A stretch of DNA of 52,673 nt, from assembly GCA_022813965.1 (NCBI GenBank), contig JALDZS010000164.1, forward strand, positions 1 to 52,673, in the 5' to 3' direction. The position numbers and the translations under genes are program-made. This DNA comes from Toensbergia leucococca. Lineage: Eukaryota. Shown piece after piece: positions 12,160-23,700 of the stretch. The notes below the pieces were generated by a model, which saw nothing but the letters and a program-made list of their open reading frames with translations, ran no database searches and was not told where the DNA came from. Position 1 is the stretch's first letter; every line of letters begins with the position of its first letter.

Positions 12160-12799
12160 GGCTACTGATAATCCTACACCCCATTTTGATACATCTACAC
12201 CCCCCCTCCCTTAGGGCCCGGGCGCAAGATCACGGAGGGAAAACTCACGATTTCACACCACGTTTGCACTATATTCTCTACCTCTATTGCATGCCAGCTA
12301 CCTCCTCAATTGCGTGCCATTTAGTAGCAAGCTTTACCTAAGGAATTTTCATGTTTTTCTACCTCATCTTGACTCGATTTCCCACCCCATTCCGACTCAA
12401 TTTTCACACCCCATTCTGACTTGATTTCGTACCCCATTCTGACTTGATTTCGCACCCCATTCTGACTCAATTTCCTGTGGATAACAGAGTATTTCATGAT
12501 TTTGGAATGAGGTAGATAGCTTGCAAAATCATGATGTTTTTGCGCCCAGGGGGTGATCGTGCGCCCGGGGGTGAGGGAATCAAGTCAGGACGTGATACAA
12601 AAGCATGTTTTTTCTCCTAGGTAATTTGGCTTCTAGATGGCACGCAAATGGAACACATATATGGCTTGCATAGAGGTAGAGAATCAAGTGCAAACGTGGT
12701 GTGGAGTCGCGAGTTTTCCCTCCGTGATCTTGCGCCCAGGCCCTAAGGGGGGGGTGGGGTGTAGATGTATCAAAATGGGGTGTAGGATTATCAGTAGCC
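12160..12799. mobile_element. Non-autonomous DNA transposon (MITE), probably Tc1/mariner-pogo superfamily
   Basis: About 200-bp imperfect TIRs starting GGCTACTGATAATCCTACACCCCATTTTGATACATCTACAC at 12160 and ending in the reverse complement at 12799. Flanked by TA on both sides (12158-59, 12800-01). No transposase ORF. Confidence 0.85.
12361..12475 (+). repeat. Five tandem ~23-bp repeats (ACCCCATTCTGACTYRATTTC) inside the MITE
   Basis: Units start at about 12361, 12384, 12408, 12431 and 12454. A partial inverted copy (GGAATCAAGTCAGG) is at about 12576. Confidence 0.85.
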
Positions 12800-13005
12800 T
12801 ATTTCTATTTACTCCGTATTCTAGCCTTATTCTACCAGGATAGTTAGCGCAGCCACCATCACCATGCTGCACTTTCATGACGAGGCTGAGCTTGTTTTAA
12901 TCGCCTTCTACTTGTTCCTGACTATTGCAACCTTGTCTTTTCCTTTCATCCATCTGCATAGTAGACTCTCCAAGTTCCAGATACCAATCTTGTCGCAATG
13001 TGCAC

Positions 13006-14320
13006 ATGGATCCGTTCTCCATCTTCGGTGTCGCTTCCTCGGCTTTCTCCATAGCCTCCCAAATCACCACTTCCATCAATCAATTAGACTCCTTGAGGGA
13101 TAAATACGACTCGGCCGACTTCACCCTCGTTCTCCTGACCGGCCGTCTCTCATCCGTCAGATATGCTCTCAACTCCATTGCAACATGGACCACATCGTCT
13201 TTGGAGGTTTCCGCCTGCTCCGAACAACTCAACGACGCCTTGAACATCTCCCTCAATGGGTGCAACGTTCTCGTTCAGTGCCTAGATCAACATATTCGTG
13301 AGCTGTGCATTGCGAATGGCCGGATGGGTATCTTGGAGAAAGGGAAATATCTCTGGAAGGAGAATACCATGAAGGAGTACCTCGGCCACTTGGATGGCGA
13401 GATCAAGGCTTTGGACTTGCTCCTCACTTCATATCAATGGTATGATAGCGAGAGGAGGACTAGTTCTATCGCTACTGAAATAGCTACAGTCGCACCTTGT
13501 CCGAGCAGCGCCAAATGCTGCAGTTGGAGAACAGTCGCAAGATAATGACGCAAGTCACCGAAGATACAGCGTCGCTAAAGACGAGGGCGGCATCTCGGTC
13601 ACTTGAGGCTACTAGCACTTCTACCTCCGAATCGGTACGGCTTGAACAAGCCTTTGGATTCGACGATGAAGTTGTTAATTCACAGGTTTACCGCAAGTCC
13701 CTGGCCGACTTGAGAGTAAGGCGCATAGCATTTCAAATGGCAAATTCTGTGCTGAGCTAACTCTGTTCATTCAGGCACGCGAACGTAGAGTTAGCAGTGC
13801 CACAAATACACCCTCCCCAACAATGCCTCGAACTTCAATTGTCAGTGAAGCGCCGCAACTAGACAAGTCGCTCCCAGATCTCCCAACGCCTCTCACAAAC
13901 ACTAGTAAACGGAATAGTCGGACTCGCAGTTTTTGGAAAACACGCGTCGTATCCTCTCCCGCCGAACTAGAGCCTCGAATCGGCGAGTCGGTGCCCGGTC
14001 TTCCGCGAAGAGAAACCATCAGTTCCATCCAGTCACAACATGTTGACCTCTTCCGTCGCTCACAAACTTTTGAACACAAAGGCCAAAATGTGAAAGTTGG
14101 GAATGAGGGCCCTGGCGAACTGAAGTCGCCTGGGGCCATTCGCTCGGCGTTACAGGGTCTTTTGCAGCGTGGGACATCAAGGGAAGGGGGTACAACCATA
14201 TCTCGCGGCAGAAATAGACCTACACCCGTCGACGCCAGGAATGGGTCCAGGGTTGAAAGTCCAGTGGGACTAGCTATCAGTGGTCCAGTCATGTCTGAGA
14301 ATTCGCTGGGTTGGAATTGA
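13006..14320 (+). CDS. Protein with fungal HeLo-like/STAND-associated N-terminal helical domain and a disordered C-terminus
   Basis: MDPFSIFGVASSAFSI...GKYLWKENTMKEYLGHLDGEIKALDLLL is typical of Helo_like_N domains. Introns about 13440-13488 and 13716-13775 join three track ORFs. Confidence 0.7.
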
Positions 14321-16863
14321 GAGTGTTGAGGTGCTGATTATTCTTTCTACATACTGGAGTGGATTGTTTATGTGCATTGAACATCGGCAATATAACGACG
14401 CTTATCTGTTGGGCTTTGAGGTCTTTTCTGAAGGGTTATAGAAAATGAAAAGTAGGCTTTGGTGGATCTAAAGAAACGAGCTGGATTACTCGTTGGTCGT
14501 TTGTATCCGCGAACTGGTCATGAACATACACAGAGCCCGTTGGTCCGCTGGGAGGCATTGAATATGTTTCTTTTTGTTTTTAGATGATAAGATGAATATC
14601 TGTTTAATCTTGTGTGGACACCATTCCAAGAGCATTTGGATACATCTTTCAAAAACACAACACCTTGATTCTCTGCTACACGAACTTTGACTCAAGGTCT
14701 ACTCAGCAGAGGGGAGTGATGTACCGATTATACGCTATTGACAAAAATTCTTCACCATGTCTTTTGAGCTGAGTAGCTCGGCATTGAAAAGGAAAAAAAA
14801 AAAGGAAAGAAAAAAAAAAGAGAGAGAGCTGATTCATAGCCATCTCTGCTCCGCCCTCATCCTTTATCGCCCCACTGCAGAGATTTCACCCTCTTTTTCC
14901 TTTTTTTCTCTCTCGGCCTTGGAATATTGTTCAGGGACCATGTCACTTTTATCTGAAACCGCATTTTTGTGACTCAGTTGCGGGTAAGTTTGCTGGACTT
15001 GGTAGATGCGGGGGTGAATGGAGGTTGGAAATCCTTTTTTTTTGTTTTTGCGAGGGGGGGTTTTGGGGGGAGGGGAGGGGAGAGTGGGATTGTGGGTTTC
15101 TTGGGCTGGGGGGTTTGGTTGTGAGGGGGGTTGGGGTGTTTGGTGCCGTGGCTGATTTTTTTGAGGGGGGGAAGGTGGGGAGGGTGGGGGGGTTGAGGAA
15201 TGCGCTGGTGTTTTTTTGGGGGGGGTCCTGGTGGAGTGGGGTGGAGTGGAGTGAAGTTAAGGGATTGTGGGAGGGGGGGAAGCTTGAGGGAGAAGGGATA
15301 TGGGGGTTGAGAAATTGCATAGGATGGAGGTGGTGGTGGTGAAGGGGGGGGGACCTTGGTGAGGTTTGTTTTGAATGTGCCTGAGCTCTCAATCACCTTT
15401 TTGTGTACTTATGTGAGCATGTTTGATGGCTGTGCATGGAGTGTGGGATCACGGTGTGACATGTAGACTAGGGTGATGAATTTATGAGAGAATGGAGATG
15501 CGTTGTTGTTGGTGGTTTCAATTTTCTTTCAGCGCACCCCCCACCCGGCGTTCAGGACTCTCAATTTTGTTCCGATGGCACCCCGCATACCAACCGTGTC
15601 AAAACTTGCCATAGTATACAAATCTGGTCACATAGCATAATTTTGGTCATAAGACTTGATTGCTAAAGACTATAGACTTATGGGAAAGCAGGCTGTATAT
15701 AAGGGTAACTCCCTCGCCACCTCTCGGAGTTTTCACCTAGGGCTTTTCCTATTTAGGTTACGACGGATCACTACGGTGCTTACAAATGCTTCAGGCTGAG
15801 GTGATCGTCAGTTTATATCGAGGTGATCCGGAGCCCCCATTTACCAATAAGGGTATATACTGCGAATCCAACACATAGTCACTCTACCAAGAACTCTACT
15901 ACTAAAGTACCACATCTGCTTCCATTCGCCATTCAACATTCTCTGAATACCGCGACCGTGTCTTTTATTCACTCCAAGATAATATCCCATCAACCTACCA
16001 ATAGAGTAGCCAAAGCAAAATCTCCGCCACGAATCTCCCACCTGCGCCCTTTCTCGGCTCTCCATCCCTCACCCTTACCCTCACCCACCCTCACCCCCCT
16101 CACCCCCCTCCTCCTCCTCCTCCTCAGTGTCAAAAAGCCGAAATTTCTGGTTTTTGCTGACTCTTTTCCTTCCTTCCTCTCCCCTTTGGCCTTGCTTCTG
16201 TACATCTCTCGTTCGCTGCCTCGTAGATTTGTATGTCTTTTTTCGGTGTGTTTGGAGAGGGAACCGTGGGCTGGGGGGAAGAGGAGTTAGAGGGTGGAGA
16301 TCTTTGCTCCCCCTTGCTAGCGCGGGAGCATCCTACCAATTACCCCCCCGGCCCCCCCCAACAACCCTAAAACCCCCCCTACGAATCCCCCATCCCATCC
16401 CAAAATCCAACCCAGCCTCAACGATATCCCCCCGGGTGAACGACTCCCACAGCACCCCTGACCTAGAAGGGGCGGCAGGGTCGTCTGTTTCTTTTTTGAA
16501 TTGTTTTTTTGGGGGCGAGTGCTGTGGCTGTTGGCTCTGCCTATGCGGGTTTGTATGGGAGATGCGTGCGCTTTTTTTTTCTTTTGGTGGGGTTTTATTT
16601 GGGGATGGGGAGGAGATGAGGGGATTTAGGGGGGGGAGGAGGTGGAAGGGGAGGACTTGTGATGGTTGAGAAAGTATTTGAGATGGTGTGTTATGGAGTT
16701 CTTGCATGATGGACTTGGGGTAGGGTACGTTGGATCGTCAAGGTGTGTCGTGTATAGAAAATCTGCCGTTATAGATCATCTCATCATCATCACGCCCCTC
16801 CTGACTCCGAAAAACCCAAAAAACAATACTCTTTGGGCCCGCTCCCCACCCTCAATATACCCA

Positions 16864-18666
16864 TCAGATTTTCCTCGGTATCAACGTCACAATCAGCGGT
16901 TTCTTCTGCCAGCTCAAATACACGCGCTGGTCCTCCCACTTCTCGCCCGTCTCCGCACAGAGCTCTAGGTCGAAGTTCCAGAGTAGCTTTGTTAGTATGA
17001 GGCGGGTTTCTGCGTTGCCGAGACTGTTCGTCGTGTCAGTACAACCTGTAGTCTCTTCTAGGGAAGTGTGGGTTGGGAACGAGAGGATGGATGGATGAGT
17101 GGTGACGTACGTTTTTCCAGGACATGCACGCGGGCCGAAAGAAAAGGGTTGGAAGACGGGTTTTTGGTCGGCGGCGAAGTTGGAGGTTGGGTCCGGAAGC
17201 CAGCGGTCGGGGAGGTAGGTGTTTGGTTGGGTGAAGTTTTTGGGGGAGCGGTAGGCGGCATATTGATTTATTGTTACGCCGGTCTGATGGGAGATTAGCG
17301 GCAAGGAAGATGGTTGTGGAATTTGGTAGGAGATATTTTTCTTTCTGTTTTAGGAGAGGAGAGGAGAGGAGGCTATGGATGGAGAACAAGAGTACTTACA
17401 TCGCCGCAAACCCAATAGCCACAGATTGTATCACCTTCGAAAGGAGTGCGGGTTGCTTGACCGGTAAGAGCAGTCGGGTATATCCGCATAGTTTCTGTCA
17501 GGACGGCTATCAGATACGGAAGCTGCCCTACGCTTTGGGCGGTAATATCTGCTTCGGTCTTGAAAGCGCCACGGATTTCTGCGGTAAGCTTCTTCATCAT
17601 CTCTGGATTTTTGAGTAGGTAATAGGTTGATCCGCTCAAGACTGTTGCGACTGCTTCACTGCCAGCGATGATGAAAAGGGATGCGTTGGATTGCATTTCA
17701 TCTTTGGTCAAGCCCTTGCCTTCAATATTGTGCTTCAAGATGGGTGACATGAAGTCCGGTCGATCTTCTTTGAGCTCTATCCGATTGGATATTTTGCTAG
17801 TGGTGTAGGCCCAATGATCGTCTTTCATCTTGGTCAGGCTTTTAGGAATAAGGAGAGGAAGAAGATGGTTGAAGATTGGGAAGCGGAGGCATGCACCCAT
17901 GAAAGTAATATTTTTCAAGTTTCCAAAAATCATTTCCACCCAGGGATGATGGGTATGGTTTTGGAGGCAGTCGAAAGGCTCCCCAAAGGCTAGTTCACCG
18001 ATGATGTCGAAGCTAGTCCATTCATACCACTTTACTAAATCGACTTTTCCATTCAAAGGTCCTTTGACTTGCTCGTGTAATTGTTTGACGAGGTTGTCAA
18101 CATACGACTGAATCATTGGCTCTTGCTCTCGAAAAGACTTGTCAGAGAAGGCATGATCGGTCACGCGCCGCATGCGAGAATGATCGGGGGTATCGGCCGT
18201 TAGAAGGGAATCGACTCCATTGGGAGGTTTTCCATAGACAGTCAAATCCTTTTCATAATCCTGGCGGCCCTGACGATGGCCGTTGATATCATTCCATGCT
18301 GCGGAATTGATAAAAGAGAGTTCCAAGGGGGAGATGCGTATCACGTCCGAGTCATAATGTTCGTGGAGCTCTTTGACCCAAAGATGCATCTTACCACTCA
18401 CAAGAGCGCGAACGTAAGGAATCTGGCTGATGGCGGCAAATTTGGGGCCAGGGAAATGGGATAGAGGGTGGAGATAGATATTGTATAGAGCAGCAGTGAC
18501 GAGAAAGATGATATACTGGACATTTGATATTCAGTTGAAGATTCGATTTTTTATATGGGGAAAGAAGTAAATGAAGACGTACCAATACAACGACGGCGGA
18601 CACCGAGATTTTCAGGAGTGTCAGGCCAGTGTTGACCCACGGTTGAATATCGTCTAGCAGAGACAT
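16864..18666 (-). CDS. Cytochrome P450, CYP65/Tri11-like
   Basis: Exons 18666-18583, 18515-17400, 17283-17111 and 17023-16864. Contains HPLSHFPGP, ETMR (ExxR), PDRW and the heme motif FSFGPRACPG. Confidence 0.95.
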
Positions 18667-19183
18667 GATGGAGTTTGGGGGCTTGAAAGGATGTATTGAT
18701 GAATAGACGTAATGACGAAAATAATTGTACTATGTAACTCTCAATACTGCTCCTTCTATTCAGCAGTTAAAAAGGGTTCGATGTGGGAATGAATGAGAGC
18801 TTCGGTTTGAATCGAGAGTCGATGTAATTAGTTAGCTAGACAAAATACTGCGAGCAGGTAGCTTGATGTGTAGAGGGAAAGAATTCAGATAACGCGTCTC
18901 ACTCGGCTTTGTTCATGGCGATATTGAAGATTGGTAGGAGTAGAAGGGTCGAGATCGTCGACTCGTCGTCGTCGTCGCCAAATCAGCCGCTCTAATGAGG
19001 CTTTACCTACGGATAGCTGCCTCGCCCGATGCAGTCTAGCCTATGATCATCTAAACCTGAGACCTCCAATTGACCTCACAACGCTCACTTTCCATCAGTC
19101 CATTCCACTTTCCTCGCCCCCTTCTTCCCACCAACCTCTCCTCTTCCTCGCGTCCTCTCCATCTCCACCTCCCCAACCCCATA

Positions 19184-19560
19184 ATGACCAAAAAAGGTAC
19201 ATCCTCCCCACCTTCCACCTTCTCCTCGAAGTCCAAGCTAACACCTTCACCCAACCAACGCAGTCAAATCCCGCACCGTAGCCGTCCGTCTCCTCAGTAT
19301 GGCCATGACAGGCTACTACAAAACCCTCGTGCGACCCCGCGCGCATCGCCCATTGAGTATGCTCAAGTATGATCCTGTCGGTACGTGATTGCCCGGCGCG
19401 TTTGCGTTGTATCTACTGGGGTAAAGAAGAGAGAAGATGGGGGGTTTAGGGAGAATGGACAAGGGAGATGGAGGCTGATTTTGTGGGGATTGTGGCAGTG
19501 CGGAAACAAGTGCTTTTCCTCGAGCAGAAAAGTAGGACTATGGGTGGGAGGAGGGGATAG
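19184..19560 (+). CDS. MRPL39: Mitochondrial ribosomal protein bL33m (63 aa)
   Basis: Exons 19184-19196, 19264-19380 and 19499-19560 give [54 protein letters not shown]..., the L33 signature. Missed by the ORF track. Confidence 0.95.
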
Positions 19561-20710
19561 AATCTCTATTCAGATACAAGATTTCGGTCGGGATGGAAAT
19601 ATGTAGGGATGACGGGCGGGATTGGGCGGTACCGAGGATGGTTGGGTGGGTGGGTGATACCATTGGGGCGTGGGGAGGAGTAGTAAGAGGGAGATGCAGA
19701 GGTGGATGGGGAGAGAGCGAGGTACAGATTATGTACATAGGGCGTATACCAAGACTCAGCGGGCGTCTTCTCCTCTCCTCTGTCCACTGAGCTCAAGGTA
19801 CCTAATCCAATAGCATCCCACCCTCTGAGCCTGCCGACATTTCCATCCTCATCTCACACCCTTGTGCAATTCCTCGAATCATTAGCAGACTCAACCCTGC
19901 CTACCGCTCTACCCTACAGCTCTACCAAACTCTCTCCCTGACCCCCGAGACCCCCAGTCCTACAACCTCTAAGCTACATTCCTTGAACCTAGGGCATGCA
20001 GATCCTAAAGCATCTCGCAGAAGCGCAACAAGAAGCTGATGCTGCAATCCACCGAGGCTGCTGGCGGGTATCGTCAAGGTGGCATTTTGGGGTGGGCGCT
20101 TTTATAAAGGGGAGCTACTATGTTGGGGCTGCTGTCTGGGTGGGATGGCGGGTTTTGGATGAGGATGTAGGAGCGATAGGCAGCGAGGATTGAGGTTTTA
20201 TTTTAGAGATATCTACGGGTTTCAAAGATACAATCATGAAAAGAGCACAATTACTAATGAGCCGGAGAGACATGTGCTTGTCTTGCAACTGAAATCGATA
20301 TGGGGCTATGAACTGAACAATAGGCAGAGATCACCTCTACCTCGTATGTTGCACTCGAGGACAAAAATATTCGTAGATAGCTGAGTGCAAAAGCGAAGCT
20401 AGATAGAGCATCGAGAACGAGGAATCTTACTGTAGAAAGATGGAAATATCTGCTATTTTACCAAAGATGATGGCAAAGGTCTTTTTTTTCCATACTGTTA
20501 GCTTTGTAGCGTACGTGCGCCATGGGCTTCTAAGCTCGGACCCGCGCTGTGGATATTGGTGTTGCCGTGATGTTCGAGTCACAGGTAAAATCAAGTGTGG
20601 CGCGAACAAGCAAAGTAAGCCGCAATACAATCCTTACTCGATCAAGGCCATTTAGACCAACACTAGAAGCTGTAGTATGAGTCAATGAAAGCGCCCTCGG
20701 GCGGCAGTAT

Positions 20711-23700
20711 CTACTCGAACTCTTGGGAGAAACGACGAATATATTTGTTGTCTACAAAGAGGACATTAGCCAAGAACGATCGAACGATCAACTCAGCGCC
20801 AGACTAGACATCTCACCCTTTGTCGGCGTTCTTTTCGGCCCGTTTTTTGGTGGTGGACGAACTCGCGGCATTGATCGGCGGCCGTCAGCCAAGTGAGAAT
20901 CAGGAATAACTGGTCCAAGGCCCTGGACATTCACTGAATTGACTCTCTTCTCACCACTGAGCGGCCGGTTCATACTCAAGCCTGCGGCAATTGCGTCACG
21001 TTTCGCGAGCTTCGTCTCTCTGACTGCCTCTCGAGGTCCTGCCTGTTGGGCGCTGACTTGGTCAAAATGTCCACGCTGGGCTGGCGGCCTCGCTTTCAAA
21101 CTAGGCCTTCTCCCAGAGCCTCGGGGAAGCTGCATTTCCTTGTCAGGTAGATTTTCGAACGTGACACTCCGAATTGGCCCTGACTCCAGAGGTCTATCTT
21201 TACTAGCAGGCCGAATAAATGGAGACCTTCGATCAATGCCAGCACTGCCTCGCGATTCTATCCCAGCTCGTTCGTGTTCAGCATTCGGCGTGTTGAAACC
21301 CGACTCGAACCCAACCGGCGATCCACCAAGGAAGTCCGTCAGCTTCCCGGAGAATGGTGAATGATCATCCGCTTCAGTCTGATATCGGTTTTGCCTAAAG
21401 TATGAGTATGGTGTTTTCGAATTCGCCCAAGTATGATTACGCTCATCGTTGCTCCCCTCAAGTAACGCCACCTCTTCTGCCTGAGCTTCTTCATTTGGAG
21501 TCGGGTTCGGCTTGTTACTTCTATGAGCCCTGCGTTTAGGGTATTCGAGGCTCCCTATAGCTGTACCTTGTATTTGCTCCGACTTCTTGACTTGGGCAGC
21601 GTTATTTTCCAGCAGCATCTGTTTCTCCGCATCACTTGATTGCAGTCTCTCGACAACTTTTCGAAGTTCGTCTTCTAGGTTAGCAAGCTGCTTGTCTTTC
21701 TCAACGCTTTGTATCTCAAGCTTGGCGAAACCGGTACGCAGTTGACTAGAATTATCATCCTTTCTTTGGATTAGCGTGGACCTAAGTCAAATGCACCAGG
21801 GAATTACCTCTTGATTCTTTTCTCCTTGCACAATATCCAATTGCCGTATTCTTTGCTCCATCTTAGCTTCGGCAGCCTCTTTTTGCTTATTTGCATGTTG
21901 TAGAGCTTTTTCGTGCGCTTCCTTAGTCCTAACTTCGGCTTCAGTCCACTCTTGCTGTAGTACCCGTATCGCGTTTAGATCGGCCGTGACCTTGGCTGTT
22001 TGAGCAGACAACTCCTCGGCCTGAGCTTCAGCTTTATCCTTTTGTTCTTGAAGTTTCTGTAATCTTGTTGTCCATATAACCTCGACCCTGCTCTCGGTAC
22101 TGCTCACTTGTTCCTCAAGCTGAAGCACTTGAGTACGATGTTGTTTCACTAGGTTTGCCTGCTCTTGTGCAAAGGAATTGGCCTTTGCTTCTGCCGAGGC
22201 TTTCTGGCACTGCAGTTGCTGAATCTGATTTCGATGCTGACTTTCCACCTTGGCTTTTTCTAAGTTGCTAGCTTTTGAGAATTGCTTATTCATTTCTTCG
22301 CATTTGCTTCTGCTATCGGCTTCACAAGCCGACTTTTCCGTTTGGAGTCGAGCAATCTGCACATTCGCGTCTTCAAGCTGAAGACGGATATCGTCTAAAC
22401 TAGCCTGTATAACGACACTTTCTTCCACTCGCCTTTGGTGTTGCTCTAATAGTTCAGTAGACTGTTTTTGCTGGCTTTCGAGTTTGCCCTCAAGATTCCT
22501 ATTCTCCAACTCAAGCTCTTGAAGGCGTATTAAAACCAGGGGATTCTCGGTTGGATGATTCTTTGACGTTGCGACCTCGATCTCAAGGGCGGAAATTTTC
22601 TGAAGCAGCACTTGCTCTTTGCCTTGAAATACTAATGCACCCTTACGAGACTCGTTGAGGACTGTCTCGGTCATCTGTAATCTTTCTCTGAGCGTAGCCT
22701 TCGCCTCCCGGAGATCCATCATTTGTCCCCCCAAATCATGCTCTGCTTGAATACTTGCACTAAGACAGCGGAGCTGCTCTTGAAACCCTATTGCAAAGGT
22801 TTGTTGTCCCACTTCATTCGACGTTGTAACATCAACGCATGCTTGCAAAGCAGTCGATATCCTTTTCAATTAGTAGTGCTCCTTTACTTGAATAGATGTG
22901 TACGTACTTTTTAGCATATGATTTTATTGATTGATCAAGTTTTCGTAAATCATGCGGTTTCACTACGTCGGTATTACGTACCTCTTGAAGCAGGTAGATA
23001 CACTGGGTTAGCATATCTCTACAGTGTACTTCACTATTCGATTGTGATGGAACAATGGACACGTTGTTCTGACTCAGCACTTCATCTAACTTTGCTTCAA
23101 GAGCCTTACGACTTTCGTCAGAGGCCTTGATCAATCCTCGATGGCTATCGGTAATCCTAGAGAGCTCATCTTCCAGCCGCTGGTTCCGATCCCGTTCAAC
23201 CTGGAGTAGCTCAGTGTCTTCCTGTAATCGAATTTCTTGGTCTTCAATAGTTCTACTAAGTAGAACTATTTGATGCTTGGCTTTGTCCAGGATGTGCTGG
23301 CATTGAGAACGACTCAATTCAACAGCGTGATGTGCATCCCCTAACATGGCACCAATCACGGACTTGTCCGCGGCGACGTCTCTCCGCTGTTCATCAATAT
23401 GTTTGGCACCGTCTCTCAATCTGTTATGGTCGTTCGTAAGCCCTTTGACATAATCTTTAAGCTTCTGAATTCTATTCTCCCACTTTGGCATAATCGCATG
23501 GAGCTTGCGCAATTCTACTTGTTGTACTTTCTCGCGCTCTTGTACCGTTTGTAGTTGACGGTGAAGTAAATTACTTACATCCTTGATGTCTTCAAGTTCA
23601 GCATCTTTGGCGAGACGTCTGGCCCGCTCTGCGTCCCTCTCCTGCTGCTCACGTCTATATCGGAAGATAAGAAGGCTTAAAAGGTCCTCGTCGGATGGGT

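Noticed and set aside
12361..12475. CRISPR-like array
   Set aside because: The repeats are head-to-tail without unique spacers, lie inside a MITE in a eukaryote, and have no cas genes nearby.
14840..14985. Spliceosomal snRNA (CTCTCGGCCTT resembles the U2 5' end; ATTTTTG resembles an Sm site)
   Set aside because: The U2 branch-pairing GTGTAGTA and U5 loop GCCTTTTAC are absent. The matches are too short.
19070..19372. 100-aa ORF in the track
   Set aside because: It is an out-of-frame read-through of the spliced bL33m gene.
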